Below, piece after piece: positions 39,021 through 48,094 of a DNA stretch of 64,000 nt. Each line of letters begins with the position of its first letter. Within the stretch, counting starts at the first letter, position 1. Origin of the DNA: Verrucomicrobiota bacterium (GTDB lineage Bacteria; Verrucomicrobiota; Verrucomicrobiia; Opitutales; Cerasicoccaceae); NCBI GenBank assembly GCA_039818205.1, contig JBCBUK010000002.1, forward strand, positions 1-64,000. The letters run 5' to 3'. The notes under the pieces were generated by a model. It was given only the letters and a program-made list of their open reading frames with translations, ran no database searches and was not told the origin of the DNA. The position numbers were made by a program, and so were the translations under genes.

Positions 39021-39494
39021 ACCGGTGGCACAGGAGGCATTCCCCAAACGATTGTTTTGGACCTAACTGACGATGCCTACATCCAAAACTCGTCTGCCTT
39101 CAATACGAATCAACTCCGGGTCCAGCCGACGGTTCGCACCAGCTACCTGAAGTTTGACCTGTCGAGTGTCTCAGGAAGCATTACCGCAGCAAAGCTCATC
39201 CTAAATGTTTCGGCGGACGCCGGTAGCGGCACCCTTAGGGTCTCCGAAGGAACAAGTGATGCCTGGAGCGAGGCTGGTCTCGATGCCGCTAGCGCTCCCG
39301 GTGTTGGATCCGAGCTGGGCAGCGTAACGGGTAGTTTTCTGCTCGCGAGCGATGTCGAAGTAGACCTCGACCCGATGGCCTTGAATGGGGTCCTTTCGCT
39401 GATCCTCACCCTTGATGGCGGTGGAAATGATGTTTGGTTCTCATCTAAGGAGGGTGCCATCAGTCCGCGGCTCGAAGTTACCTATCAGCCGTAG
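37305..39494 (+). CDS. Secreted multi-module protein, apparently binding domains only
   Basis: Signal peptide from 37305; FIEQNGLVVMEAES galactose-binding-like domain, an Ig-like module, two ~120-aa modules and a CBM96-like C-terminus. No catalytic motif recognised. Confidence 0.75.
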   Translation: MKNSLITLLILCFVACVTANAQNFIEQNGLVVMEAESADLPAKWVKKTTVPAGDPDKIAGFTGDGYIEWTGGFNGGLVRLPSEGVGVIKYTFTISTPGVYSFRWRTKQKDAGQSSDAGNDTYVRWASGTPAGSHDWTNFTKVWIQSKTDWVLNVNAEPHHGQHIRNDFKRQLNAGTHSIEIAARSAGHVIDRLIVHHSSVPYNANQFATAPESPRGNAGPVDSVSCASYPTSMPSQSSYTVDVPYTASQQRELIATLYKGGVWQAAKQINVPAGSSTASVTVNLPAPALPGSDYEWRAAIRPLGTDWTQNLDFCTQPNVAIVSNVPAAGVAFDDESNYLNQSFEVGGTLPVTVDYSAGSANTVNGDGVKFWLRHLRSDWSVVRDVIVFDAAAANSVSGTASASLSLTADLIPTASLPAGDFYFLYVSFIDDQGNSRSIGTQPVVISAAGGPAPAAGISFDDESNYQNQSFEAGGSLPISVDYSAGERNTVGADGIKFWLRHLRSDWSLVRDVTLDESSAANTVSGSLSVELSLPADLISTTNLPAGDFYFLWVSFLDDQGNNQNIGTQPIIITGGTGGIPQTIVLDLTDDAYIQNSSAFNTNQLRVQPTVRTSYLKFDLSSVSGSITAAKLILNVSADAGSGTLRVSEGTSDAWSEAGLDAASAPGVGSELGSVTGSFLLASDVEVDLDPMALNGVLSLILTLDGGGNDVWFSSKEGAISPRLEVTYQP

Positions 39495-39514
39495 ACGATT
39501 ATTTAAAATATTGC

Positions 39515-39560
39515 ATGGCAGGCACTTGCGTGGAGTGGGGTGCCTGCCATTTCTCCTTTG
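39515..39560 (+). terminator. Intrinsic terminator-like hairpin
   Basis: ATGGCAGGCACT..GGTGCCTGCCAT followed by a T-rich tail; same stem as 37218. Confidence 0.65.
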
Positions 39561-39698
39561 GCTCATGAATGAAACTGGTCGATTGTAAAATTATTGATTA
39601 AAAATTTTACGAGCCCCCTAAATTTGAGGGGCAGTTGGCCGTTTATTAAATCAGCATTAACTAGAGTAGACTATTATCCCACACCCGATTCGTTGACT

Positions 39699-40052
39699 AT
39701 GACCAGTATCTTTTTCTCACCGCTCAATCGCGAAAATTTTCAGTTGATCCAATGTGCCACCCAAATGCTCAACGAGATCAACAAGAGCGGTAATCCTCAT
39801 ACTAAGATCGATATCCTGCACCATCTGAATGATCTGAGCAAAAAGCATGGCTCATTGAAGGATTGTGTGCTCTACGACCTCATCATGGGAAACCCGCTGA
39901 AGGACGAATACCAGTTCTTCGATTATGAAGGAAGCGAGTCAATTTTGAATGTGATCGAGTTTCACTTCTACACGACCTGCGACCTGTCGGGCGAGGTTGG
40001 TTCGGATGAGGACTACGATTACGCGAGCTTTCCGATCTACAAGATCGCTTAG
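39699..40052 (+). CDS. Hypothetical protein
   Basis: ATG at 39699 within ORF 39594..40052; fills the intergenic space; no motif recognised. Confidence 0.5.
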   Translation: MTSIFFSPLNRENFQLIQCATQMLNEINKSGNPHTKIDILHHLNDLSKKHGSLKDCVLYDLIMGNPLKDEYQFFDYEGSESILNVIEFHFYTTCDLSGEVGSDEDYDYASFPIYKIA

Positions 40053-40384
40053 CTAATCGGTTCCGCGGGTTGGACGGTTTCGTCGACCGAAAATGAAACC
40101 TTAAAATCGCCTACCATCGACATGAGTGGGCTATGTGGCTTCTTCGTGTATTCGCCCGACATCTTACCGAATGCGGCTTTGAGGTCCTCTTCGGATTCGT
40201 AGTCGACGATCAAATGAAAGTCTGGCAGCTCAGAAAAACTTGTCTTATTGTTCATTTTGAGGATGCGGTAGGCCACAGCTCGGTTACCTGCTACCTGTGT
40301 CGCCATAAAACGATGCACTTGGGCAATTAGTTCTTCGACGGGCGTACCATCGCGCGGACTGAAATAGACATTGTAGGATACCAT
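40049..40384 (-). CDS. DUF6614-like small dimeric alpha/beta-barrel protein
   Basis: YNVYF..YRILK..LPDFHLIVDYESEEDLKAAF..H pattern. Confidence 0.6.
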   Translation of the reverse strand: MVSYNVYFSPRDGTPVEELIAQVHRFMATQVAGNRAVAYRILKMNNKTSFSELPDFHLIVDYESEEDLKAAFGKMSGEYTKKPHSPLMSMVGDFKVSFSVDETVQPAEPIS

Positions 40385-40544
40385 GGTGAAGAGGCGGTTG
40401 TGTTATTTTACAACGTAAACAATACCCAAATAACTCATGATATCATCCGATAAATTCATTTATTCGGTATTTGTAAGGGGGACTAAACGACGGAGGTCCT
40501 TTTCCGAGCAATCGTAATTCACGGATCGCTCAGAACGCTCCGAG

Positions 40545-41909
40545 CTAGCTTTCTTCAGTCACGCTTTCCCAGACGCGAATCCATTCGTAGGACGTCGTTC
40601 GCTCTTCCTCGTTGCCGCGCTCAATCATATTACCTTCCGGCGGAACGGGATTCCAATCGTAGGTTTCAATCGCCATCTGCAGGTAAGCGGGCACATCCCA
40701 TTCAATCTTTGGGTTGATGGTATAGACGTGTTTGCCGTCGAGATAGAACAGCGCTTCGCTGGTTGACTTCCACCAGACCCCGTAAATGTAGTAGCGTTCG
40801 TGATTTTTGGTCTCCGTTGGTACGGAGTTCTGCAGCTGAAGCTTCTCTGGGTTGTGCTTGTTCTCCCGGTGGATCATGTTCGAGTGAAAAATCTGATCCC
40901 AGTCCTTGGCCCACTGTTCGGCTAGCTCGGAAACGGTTCCAACGCATTCCTGCACATCGAGCTCAAGCTTCTTGATGGTGGCACCCTTGGTCATCAACCA
41001 AAACGTCGAAGACATCTCCGTTGCGTTGGCCTTCATCTTGCATTCAAAAAACCAGCCGGGTTGGCCAGCATGGTGCGACCGAACAATGGCCCCCTCATAG
41101 AGAAATTCATGGTTTCGAATTGTCGTGGGTTCGTCCAACTCGCGAACGGTGATCTTCATCTTACCATCATCAACCTTGATGGTGTCTGTCGTAAACAGCC
41201 CAGGTGGACGTCCGATCCAATTCCAGCCGTTTCCCTTGGGCTCTGCTTGCCACTTTTCGCTATCCAATTCGGTACCTTCAAACTCGTCCGACATGTTGTC
41301 GACGATCCTCCATTTGACCGCCGCGTCGATGCCTTCTGCTTGCGGTCCAGCGGGCAAATCGCTGAGCTTGTAGCGGTCGATAAATCCCGGTGCTTGTGAC
41401 AATCGATCTCGATCCTCTGTGCGGCTGAGAAACTCTTTTTGGTCGGGCGAAACGAGATGCGCGTAAGCGTTTTCCCATTGGCGAAGGAGAGCGCGCGTAG
41501 CTGAATCGAAACGCCCGGATGGAACCTCGAATATCCGGCTATCGGCGCGCCGGATGGTCACCTCACCATCGACAATATCAAGAATCTGTGCCTCAATATT
41601 TCGTCCGTCGGCGCCTATCAGGCTGATCACTTCATAGCGTTCGAGAACGTCAACCTTAGGCGATGGTTTAGGGGGGATAGGCGCAGGTGCAGGTTTCGGT
41701 CGCTCAGGCGCCACCGTGGGCTTCGGCGGCGGTTCAGGGACCGGGGCGGGATCAATCTCAGCGACTTCAACGGGTGGTGCTGGGGTTTCCGGTGGTGCTT
41801 GTTCCGACGACTCTGGTGTCGGTTCCTTTTGGCTAGCGATAAAGACACCGATTCCCACCGGTATCGCCACCGAGATTACAAGAATGGATATCTTGGCAAT
41901 GCGGCTCAT
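40545..41909 (-). CDS. Membrane-anchored GH16 (beta-porphyranase-like) with Pro-rich linker and SHD1-like domain
   Basis: N-terminal TM, Pro-rich linker, ADGRNIEAQIL..VTIRRADSRIFEVP (SHD1), SDEFEG..KW, MSSTFWL, catalytic ELDVQE, ETYDWNPVP. Confidence 0.85.
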   Translation of the reverse strand: MSRIAKISILVISVAIPVGIGVFIASQKEPTPESSEQAPPETPAPPVEVAEIDPAPVPEPPPKPTVAPERPKPAPAPIPPKPSPKVDVLERYEVISLIGADGRNIEAQILDIVDGEVTIRRADSRIFEVPSGRFDSATRALLRQWENAYAHLVSPDQKEFLSRTEDRDRLSQAPGFIDRYKLSDLPAGPQAEGIDAAVKWRIVDNMSDEFEGTELDSEKWQAEPKGNGWNWIGRPPGLFTTDTIKVDDGKMKITVRELDEPTTIRNHEFLYEGAIVRSHHAGQPGWFFECKMKANATEMSSTFWLMTKGATIKKLELDVQECVGTVSELAEQWAKDWDQIFHSNMIHRENKHNPEKLQLQNSVPTETKNHERYYIYGVWWKSTSEALFYLDGKHVYTINPKIEWDVPAYLQMAIETYDWNPVPPEGNMIERGNEEERTTSYEWIRVWESVTEES

Positions 41910-42600
41910 TGTTTAATCGAAGTATATTGGGCAAAGCATGGCCATCGATAGTTGTTGGCCATCTTTAAGCGCAACTTCGCCAACGCTTGAGGGCAAGCCT
42001 AATGCGGATTTTTGATCGGATAGCTAAATGTTATAAGCGTTTGAAGATTAGAGCATTTTGAATCTTCGATATCCAAAGATATCAGCATTGCCACCGTTTG
42101 TGTCGCCAATCTAACCCCGGTATTGCAAGGAAACCTTTTTGACCTTTGGATTGCAAATGAACCAATGCGTCAGAGATCCAGTTATCGTCGTTTGAATTCA
42201 TTGGAACCAATAAGGGGCGATGGGTCGTTGCCGTATCGAATCGTTCTGGCCAGTTAGTGAAATATTCTGAAGGAATACGCCGCCGTCCTGTCATCTCCAG
42301 ATCCTACCAGAGGGCCATTGCCTGGCGCCTCGACTCGAACGACGGCATCCTTCCAATGTTTCGTAAAGATGGCCGGTTATGCGTCTAATGTTAGGCTAGA
42401 TTGAGGTGCTTGTTAATTATAGTTGTGCGTCCCGTTTATAATCGAATGGGCCTCGATGACCTGCTGGTCGATCCATCGCATAAAGCGTTAAAAGCTAGTG
42501 CATTGGGCGTTTGCGAAAGAATGAACAAAATGAAAAACGCTCGGTTCATCTGCACATGCGGCTTGATTTGCGCCCTACCGTTGCTCTACCGTAGCATTCC

Positions 42601-43290
42601 ATGTCTGACGGATCCGATTTTTCGTCCTTTGATTCCAGTGCAACGCCGGGATCAGGGACGATGCTTGCCCCCATTATGATTGCCTTATTGGGTGTGCTAT
42701 TGGGTGGCGCCGCTCTCTATTTTAGTTTGACCGGGTCGGGAGACACCAACCAGGCGCAGACGGATCTCGAAGCAATAACGGCCAAAGCGGAAGGCCTGGA
42801 AACGCGAATTCGCGACCTCGAGGCCAAATACACTGACCAGGCGAGCAAACTGTCCTCGCTTGAACAACAGATTCGTTTAATGGCACGTGATACGCAAGGA
42901 GCGCTCAACCAAGTCGGCGTCGAGATCAACCGCAACCGCGAGCAGATTGGACAATCCGCTGATAAACTCACTGAGTTGATCGAAACCTTGAATCGCTCTG
43001 GACGTCCAGCCGCCCTGCCGCCAGCGCCTGAGCGAACCGCAGCGACGGAGGCCGCGACCGCGCGTCTGCCGGTTGCTACGGTGCCTGACCGCCCGCCCGT
43101 TGAGGAGGCAGCTTCGGCGCCAGTCGTGATTGCGCCAGCAGCCAAGGTCCATACTATCCGTGCGGGTGACACGTTTACGAAACTCAGCCAGCAGTACAGC
43201 ATTTCCGTAGCCGCAATTTTGGCGGCGAATCCCGATGTGGATCCACGCCGTCTAGCGGTCGGGCAAAAGATCAAGATTCCGGGCCAGTAG
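42601..43290 (+). CDS. LysM-domain protein with TM and coiled coil
   Basis: HTIRAGDTFTKLSQQYSISVAAILAANP..LAVGQKIKIP. Confidence 0.9.
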   Translation: MSDGSDFSSFDSSATPGSGTMLAPIMIALLGVLLGGAALYFSLTGSGDTNQAQTDLEAITAKAEGLETRIRDLEAKYTDQASKLSSLEQQIRLMARDTQGALNQVGVEINRNREQIGQSADKLTELIETLNRSGRPAALPPAPERTAATEAATARLPVATVPDRPPVEEAASAPVVIAPAAKVHTIRAGDTFTKLSQQYSISVAAILAANPDVDPRRLAVGQKIKIPGQ

Positions 43291-43355
43291 CGACGACCCT
43301 CGCCGGCTGCGCTTTGCGATTGAATAAAAGCGTCAGGTCGCCAACCTGAGCCGGC

Positions 43356-43952
43356 ATGAGCCACTTGCCACCGTCCCACTGGGAACTTTTGAAGTCCACG
43401 CATCACGCCGATTGCAAAGTATACACTGTCTACAAGGAGCGCTTTCGGCACCCGAAGGATGGACGCGAGGGTGACTTCTACACGATGAAGTGTAACGACT
43501 GGGTGCAAGTGCTTGCGCTCACGGCGGATCGTGAGCTCGTCATGGTTAACCAGTATCGCTTTGGAGTCCGCACGACCTCCTGGGAAGTGCCTGGCGGGGT
43601 TATTGATGACGAAGACCCCAATCCGATTGTTGCCGGAGAACGTGAGTTGGTGGAAGAAACAGGTTACGTTGGCGAGAACGCACAATACCTTGGCTGGTGC
43701 CATCCGAATCCTGCCCTCGCCAATAATCGTTCTCACTTCGTGCTCGTCGAAAATTGCCACCTGCGCGAGGGCCAAAACCTCGACCCCAATGAAGAGGTGC
43801 AGGTGAAAGTAGTTCCGGTCGAGGAAGCGATCGCTATGGCCAAGCACGGTGAGATTACCCACTCCATCGGGATCAACGCCATCTTTTGGCTCCAGCGCGT
43901 GCTGGACGGCGAAGACTTCTCCGGCGTTGAGTTTGAACCTGCGGTGGGGTAG
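43356..43952 (+). CDS. NUDIX hydrolase (ADP-ribose pyrophosphatase-like)
   Basis: QYRFG..EVPGG..AGERELVEETGY. Confidence 0.92.
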   Translation: MSHLPPSHWELLKSTHHADCKVYTVYKERFRHPKDGREGDFYTMKCNDWVQVLALTADRELVMVNQYRFGVRTTSWEVPGGVIDDEDPNPIVAGERELVEETGYVGENAQYLGWCHPNPALANNRSHFVLVENCHLREGQNLDPNEEVQVKVVPVEEAIAMAKHGEITHSIGINAIFWLQRVLDGEDFSGVEFEPAVG

Positions 43953-44024
43953 GAATGACCCAAGTGGATTGAGCCGCAATTTCGCGTTGCCAAGTGGGGT
44001 TAGGGCGTAAAACTCCGGTGCGAT

Positions 44025-45011
44025 ATGGCTAATCCTTTCAAACTTATTGGTGTTGGATCACCGGTCGTCGATACCTTGGCGTCGGTAGAGGATACTTTCA
44101 TTGCAGACAATGTAGCGGGCGCCAAGGGCGGCATGGAACTGGTGGACGGCACCGGTATCTCGCAGATCACCAGCAAGCTGGATGCGCCCTTGGCCAAGGC
44201 GCCCGGCGGTTCAGCGGGTAACACCGCAGTCGGGGTTGCTCAATTGGGATTGCCGACGACTTTCCTTGGAAAGCTGGGCAATGATGATATTGCCGATTTC
44301 TACCGTGATAGTTTCAAGGCTGTTGGTGGCGATGTTAGCCGTTTCAAGATTGGCGACATTGAGAATGCGCACTGCGTCTCTTTGGTTACGCCAGACTCCG
44401 AGCGCACCATGCGCACCAATCTAGCAGCCGCGATGACCTTGGCACCCGATGAGATCACCGCCGAGGACTTTGCCGGCGTCGATCATGCTCACATCGAAGG
44501 CTACTTGCTCTTCAACCGCGATCTCTTGTTTCGCGTCTTGGAGTGTGCCAAAGAAGCGGGCTGCACGGTAAGCGTGGATCTTGCTTCGTTCGAAGTTGTT
44601 GGTGCTGCCAAAGACATTTTGCCAGACGTATTGAAGAACTTCGTCGACATCGTATTCGCCAATGAAGATGAAGCCAATGCCTTCACGGGCTTGGGTGACG
44701 ACTATGAAGGCATGGTTGGAGAGTTGTCTAAGCTGTGCGGCGTTGCCGTGGTCAAGCTTGGCAAGGCCGGTTCACTCGTCCAGCAAGGCGACGAAATTCA
44801 CCGTATTGATCCGATCGTGATCGATAATGCCATCGACACCACGGGTGCTGGCGACCTTTGGGCTTCGGGCTTCCTCTACGGCTGGCTCAGCGGAAAAGAC
44901 CTGCCGACCTGCGGTCGCTACGGCTCGGTGCTAGGTGCCGAAGTGGTGCAAATCATGGGCGCGGCCATTCCGGAAGAACGCTGGCAAGCAATCCGCGATA
45001 CGCTTGATTAA
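44025..45011 (+). CDS. PfkB-family (adenosine kinase-like) carbohydrate kinase
   Basis: GGSAGNT, ERTMRT, ANEDEA, DTTGAGDLWASGF. Confidence 0.92.
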   Translation: MANPFKLIGVGSPVVDTLASVEDTFIADNVAGAKGGMELVDGTGISQITSKLDAPLAKAPGGSAGNTAVGVAQLGLPTTFLGKLGNDDIADFYRDSFKAVGGDVSRFKIGDIENAHCVSLVTPDSERTMRTNLAAAMTLAPDEITAEDFAGVDHAHIEGYLLFNRDLLFRVLECAKEAGCTVSVDLASFEVVGAAKDILPDVLKNFVDIVFANEDEANAFTGLGDDYEGMVGELSKLCGVAVVKLGKAGSLVQQGDEIHRIDPIVIDNAIDTTGAGDLWASGFLYGWLSGKDLPTCGRYGSVLGAEVVQIMGAAIPEERWQAIRDTLD

Positions 45012-45922
45012 TTTGGCACTGGGTCGAGGCCCAAGTCTTTTCTGAGGCTCGCCTGTTTGGGGCGATTGAGTTCCCAATAGTTCACGTTCATCTCGCGATG
45101 AGTCAACGTGGCGGTCGTGCTTAAGCCGCTGCGTTCATTGCCCTCGCTCCAGGAACGGATGATGTAGGGAAATGCTTCGTCAAAAGTGATGGTGAGCTTG
45201 CGGCTAAGATCTGGATAGGTGACCGTATAGGTTAGCTGCTCGCCTTGCTTTGTCAGGCTGCCTTCAGCGGCAAAAACGGTTGGATCTTGATGAATAAACC
45301 GAAAAAACATCTGGCTCGGCATCATCTGAAATTTGCCCATGGGTAACGAGGCCGGATTGAGTCGAACGGCGGTGAACAGCTCTTCCTCGAGCCAGGCGTC
45401 TTCGTTGGGAAGCTTACTATCCCCGTCGCCTTCACTCTGAAAATACGAAAACGACTGTATGCGCCAATCGCTGCCGTGGCGGTTGATTTGGGTAAAAACC
45501 TGGCCGCACCAATCCTGGACGCTAAAGGTTTCCTTCAGGGCATGCGGGGCATCCAGCGGTTCGATTGGCGTAAAGGTGCTGAGCATTGTTCGATAGGAAT
45601 ACAGCCCCGTATTGAATGTGCGAAGAGCGTTTAGCTTGAGAATTGGAACTGAGCCCGCACCACCGCGATCACTCTTCACCTGGCCCTGAAGGTCAAAAGG
45701 CTCAGTCACGAAAATAAATTCAGCGTGCCCAGGGTGGATTTGGCCGTAGCGCGATTGCTTGAGGTCATAGCGACAGAGCTCAGCGCCGCTGAACCAAAAA
45801 TCGTTCACCTGCTTTATTGTCGATTCGGGCGCGGCGGAAACTGATTCGGCGTTGGGCTTGGCTTGGCAAGCAACCAGAAAGGGGAGTGCGGCAACAATGG
45901 TGACGTGGAGCGTGGCTTTCAT
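45008..45922 (-). CDS. Hypothetical lipoprotein
   Basis: Lipobox LVAC after ATG 45922; QSRYG, IFVTEPF, QDWCGQ, SYFQSEGD. Confidence 0.75.
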   Translation of the reverse strand: MKATLHVTIVAALPFLVACQAKPNAESVSAAPESTIKQVNDFWFSGAELCRYDLKQSRYGQIHPGHAEFIFVTEPFDLQGQVKSDRGGAGSVPILKLNALRTFNTGLYSYRTMLSTFTPIEPLDAPHALKETFSVQDWCGQVFTQINRHGSDWRIQSFSYFQSEGDGDSKLPNEDAWLEEELFTAVRLNPASLPMGKFQMMPSQMFFRFIHQDPTVFAAEGSLTKQGEQLTYTVTYPDLSRKLTITFDEAFPYIIRSWSEGNERSGLSTTATLTHREMNVNYWELNRPKQASLRKDLGLDPVPN

Positions 45923-46034
45923 AGGCAAAACGCTACCACGTTTTCGCATGGATGCCAATCGTGAGCTGATTTTAACATCCGCCGGGCCAAACTAGTCTTG
46001 CGCAACGCGGGAATTCCCGTTGATTCGAGCGGAC

Positions 46035-46724
46035 ATGCCAGCACCAGAAATGCATCGGAGTGATCGAATTGGTTGGCTGAGGGCAGCCGTCCTTGGAGCG
46101 AATGATGGTATTCTTTCGACTGCCAGTGTTGTAGTCGGCGTAGCCTCGGCCAACACATCGCACGAAGGAGTCCTAGTCGCTGGGCTGGCGGCGATGGTTG
46201 CAGGAGCCATGTCAATGGCCGCCGGAGAATATGTTTCAGTTTATTCTCAAGCCGATACCGAGCAGGCCGACCTGGAGCTCGAAAAGGCGGAGTTGGAGCG
46301 CGATCCCGAGGGAGAGTTGGAGGAGCTCACTGGGATTTACGTTGATCGCGGCGTTGAACGCGATCTGGCGAGGCAAGTCGCAATCCAACTCACGGCCAAG
46401 GACGCACTCGGCACTCATGCTCGTGATGAATTGGGAATCACTGAGATCGCGACGCCGCGGCCCTTTCAGGCGGCTTGGTCGTCGGCCGCAGCCTTTGCTG
46501 CCGGTGCCTCTGCGCCCTTCGTCACGGCATTCTTCGTTCGCGGTCCTAGTGCGATCTGGGCAGTATCGATTGTCTCGTTGCTGGCCCTGGCAACCTTGGG
46601 TAGTATCGCAGCGAAAGCCGGAGGGGCTTCGGCACCGCGGGCCGCGATGCGTGTGACCTTCTGGGGAGCGCTTGCCATGGGGGTCACCGGCGCCGTGGGT
46701 CATCTATTTGGCGTTAGCGGCTAG
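46035..46724 (+). CDS. VIT1/CCC1 family Fe/Mn transporter
   Basis: WLRAAVLGANDG, SMAAGEYVSV, HARDELG. Confidence 0.93.
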   Translation: MPAPEMHRSDRIGWLRAAVLGANDGILSTASVVVGVASANTSHEGVLVAGLAAMVAGAMSMAAGEYVSVYSQADTEQADLELEKAELERDPEGELEELTGIYVDRGVERDLARQVAIQLTAKDALGTHARDELGITEIATPRPFQAAWSSAAAFAAGASAPFVTAFFVRGPSAIWAVSIVSLLALATLGSIAAKAGGASAPRAAMRVTFWGALAMGVTGAVGHLFGVSG

Positions 46725-47938
46725 TCGTTGGTTATATAGAACCGAAACGTACTCCCAACGCCCTCGGCGCTTTGGACGGTGATCTCGCCACGGTGTTCGG
46801 CTACTGCCGCCTTGCAGAAAGCCAGTCCAAGTCCGATAGACTCATGGTTTCCGGATTTTCCGGAGAAGTATTGGTCAAAGATGGCTTCTCGTTCCTCGGC
46901 TGGAATTCCAGTGCCTGAGTCCTCGACTTCGAAAAGGGTTAAGCGCCCGTTCTCAATTGGACGAACACGCAATTCAACCTGGCCACCCTTGGGGGTGTAT
47001 TTAAACGCATTTGCCAGCAGGTTCTCAATGATTCGGTTGAGCAGATCAGGATCGGCGTAGAAGGCCTCCGGGCATCTTTCTAACTGGGCTTGAAAGCCAA
47101 TGCCGCAGCCTTTCGCCTGGATTGTTGCCTGTTCGATGATACCGGTGAGCACCTCCTCTGAGGCAATGTATTTTCGGCGCACCGAAAGCTCCGTTACTTT
47201 CGTTTTGTTGGAAACGATAAAGCTGTGCAACATGTTGTTCATTTCCACACAGCTATGCGTGCACATTTCGAGCACTTCTCGCTGATCATCCTCTAGACTA
47301 TCAGCCTCTTCGAGGATTTGAAGCGCAAGCCGTATGGTATGGAGCGGGTTCTTTAGGTCGTGGAGCATCATCTGAACGAGCTCAACGTTCTTCTCTTCGG
47401 CCATTTCCAGTTGCATACTAGTGTCCATTAGAGTTTCTGCGGTCCGTCGAAGCTCGATCTCTCGAGATACGAGTAAACCAATGTCTTCGGCGAGTTGAAC
47501 CTCTTGATCGGTCCAATTTCTTGGCTCGGTATCGATAACGCAGTATGCTCCCAGAACGTGGCCCCGCTGGGACTTCAATGGAACACCCAGGTAGGCGGCG
47601 ATTCCGAAAGCCTCGACTGCCAGATTCATGCTCACGCGATAGTCATCGCGGGCGTTATTGACCACTAAGGGTTTCGCATCCCAGACGACATGCTTACAAA
47701 ATGAATGACTTAGGGGCGTGCCGCCCTGTTTGCGAATAGCGCTCGGCAAACCGCACGAGCCCGCAAAATGCTGGTGGTCTTCCGCGACCAACGAAACCAG
47801 TGCGATTGACGTGCCGAATAGCTCAGAACCAATGCGTGAAAAACGATCGAAAATTTCATCTTCACTGACATCAAGCAGACCAGTGTCGATGAGGTCATTT
47901 AAGCGATCTTTGTTGCCGGTGGACTGCCTTTGCAGCAT
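46721..47938 (-). CDS. Cytoplasmic GAF-domain sensor histidine kinase
   Basis: SFCKHV..AYLGVPL (GAF), HDLKNPL, NLLANAFKY, DSGTGI, GLGLAF. Confidence 0.92.
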   Translation of the reverse strand: MLQRQSTGNKDRLNDLIDTGLLDVSEDEIFDRFSRIGSELFGTSIALVSLVAEDHQHFAGSCGLPSAIRKQGGTPLSHSFCKHVVWDAKPLVVNNARDDYRVSMNLAVEAFGIAAYLGVPLKSQRGHVLGAYCVIDTEPRNWTDQEVQLAEDIGLLVSREIELRRTAETLMDTSMQLEMAEEKNVELVQMMLHDLKNPLHTIRLALQILEEADSLEDDQREVLEMCTHSCVEMNNMLHSFIVSNKTKVTELSVRRKYIASEEVLTGIIEQATIQAKGCGIGFQAQLERCPEAFYADPDLLNRIIENLLANAFKYTPKGGQVELRVRPIENGRLTLFEVEDSGTGIPAEEREAIFDQYFSGKSGNHESIGLGLAFCKAAVAEHRGEITVQSAEGVGSTFRFYITND

Positions 47939-48094
47939 AAGTTGAATTTGTTGAGATAAAGTCTAGATCTGTCTCTAGGGCGAGAGACAATGGGGTTATT
48001 TGCTTTATTTTTTGATAGGCATATTTGCCCAAAAATTAAGCGTTTAGTCGGGAATTTAACGACGCTGATCGTTTAACACCGGCGGATGGATCCG

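Noticed and set aside
41627..41850. Low-complexity G/C runs (also 57900-57975)
   Set aside because: Explained by Pro-rich linkers in the GH16 protein and TonB.
42082..42384. Possible pseudogene (70-aa ORF with an upstream in-frame TAG)
   Set aside because: No recognisable family motif; cannot be supported without a homology search.
42717..43979. 420-aa minus-strand ORF, and similar long antisense ORFs over carB, GT4 and exbB
   Set aside because: Shadow ORFs opposite well-supported genes (LysM, NUDIX), expected from codon bias.
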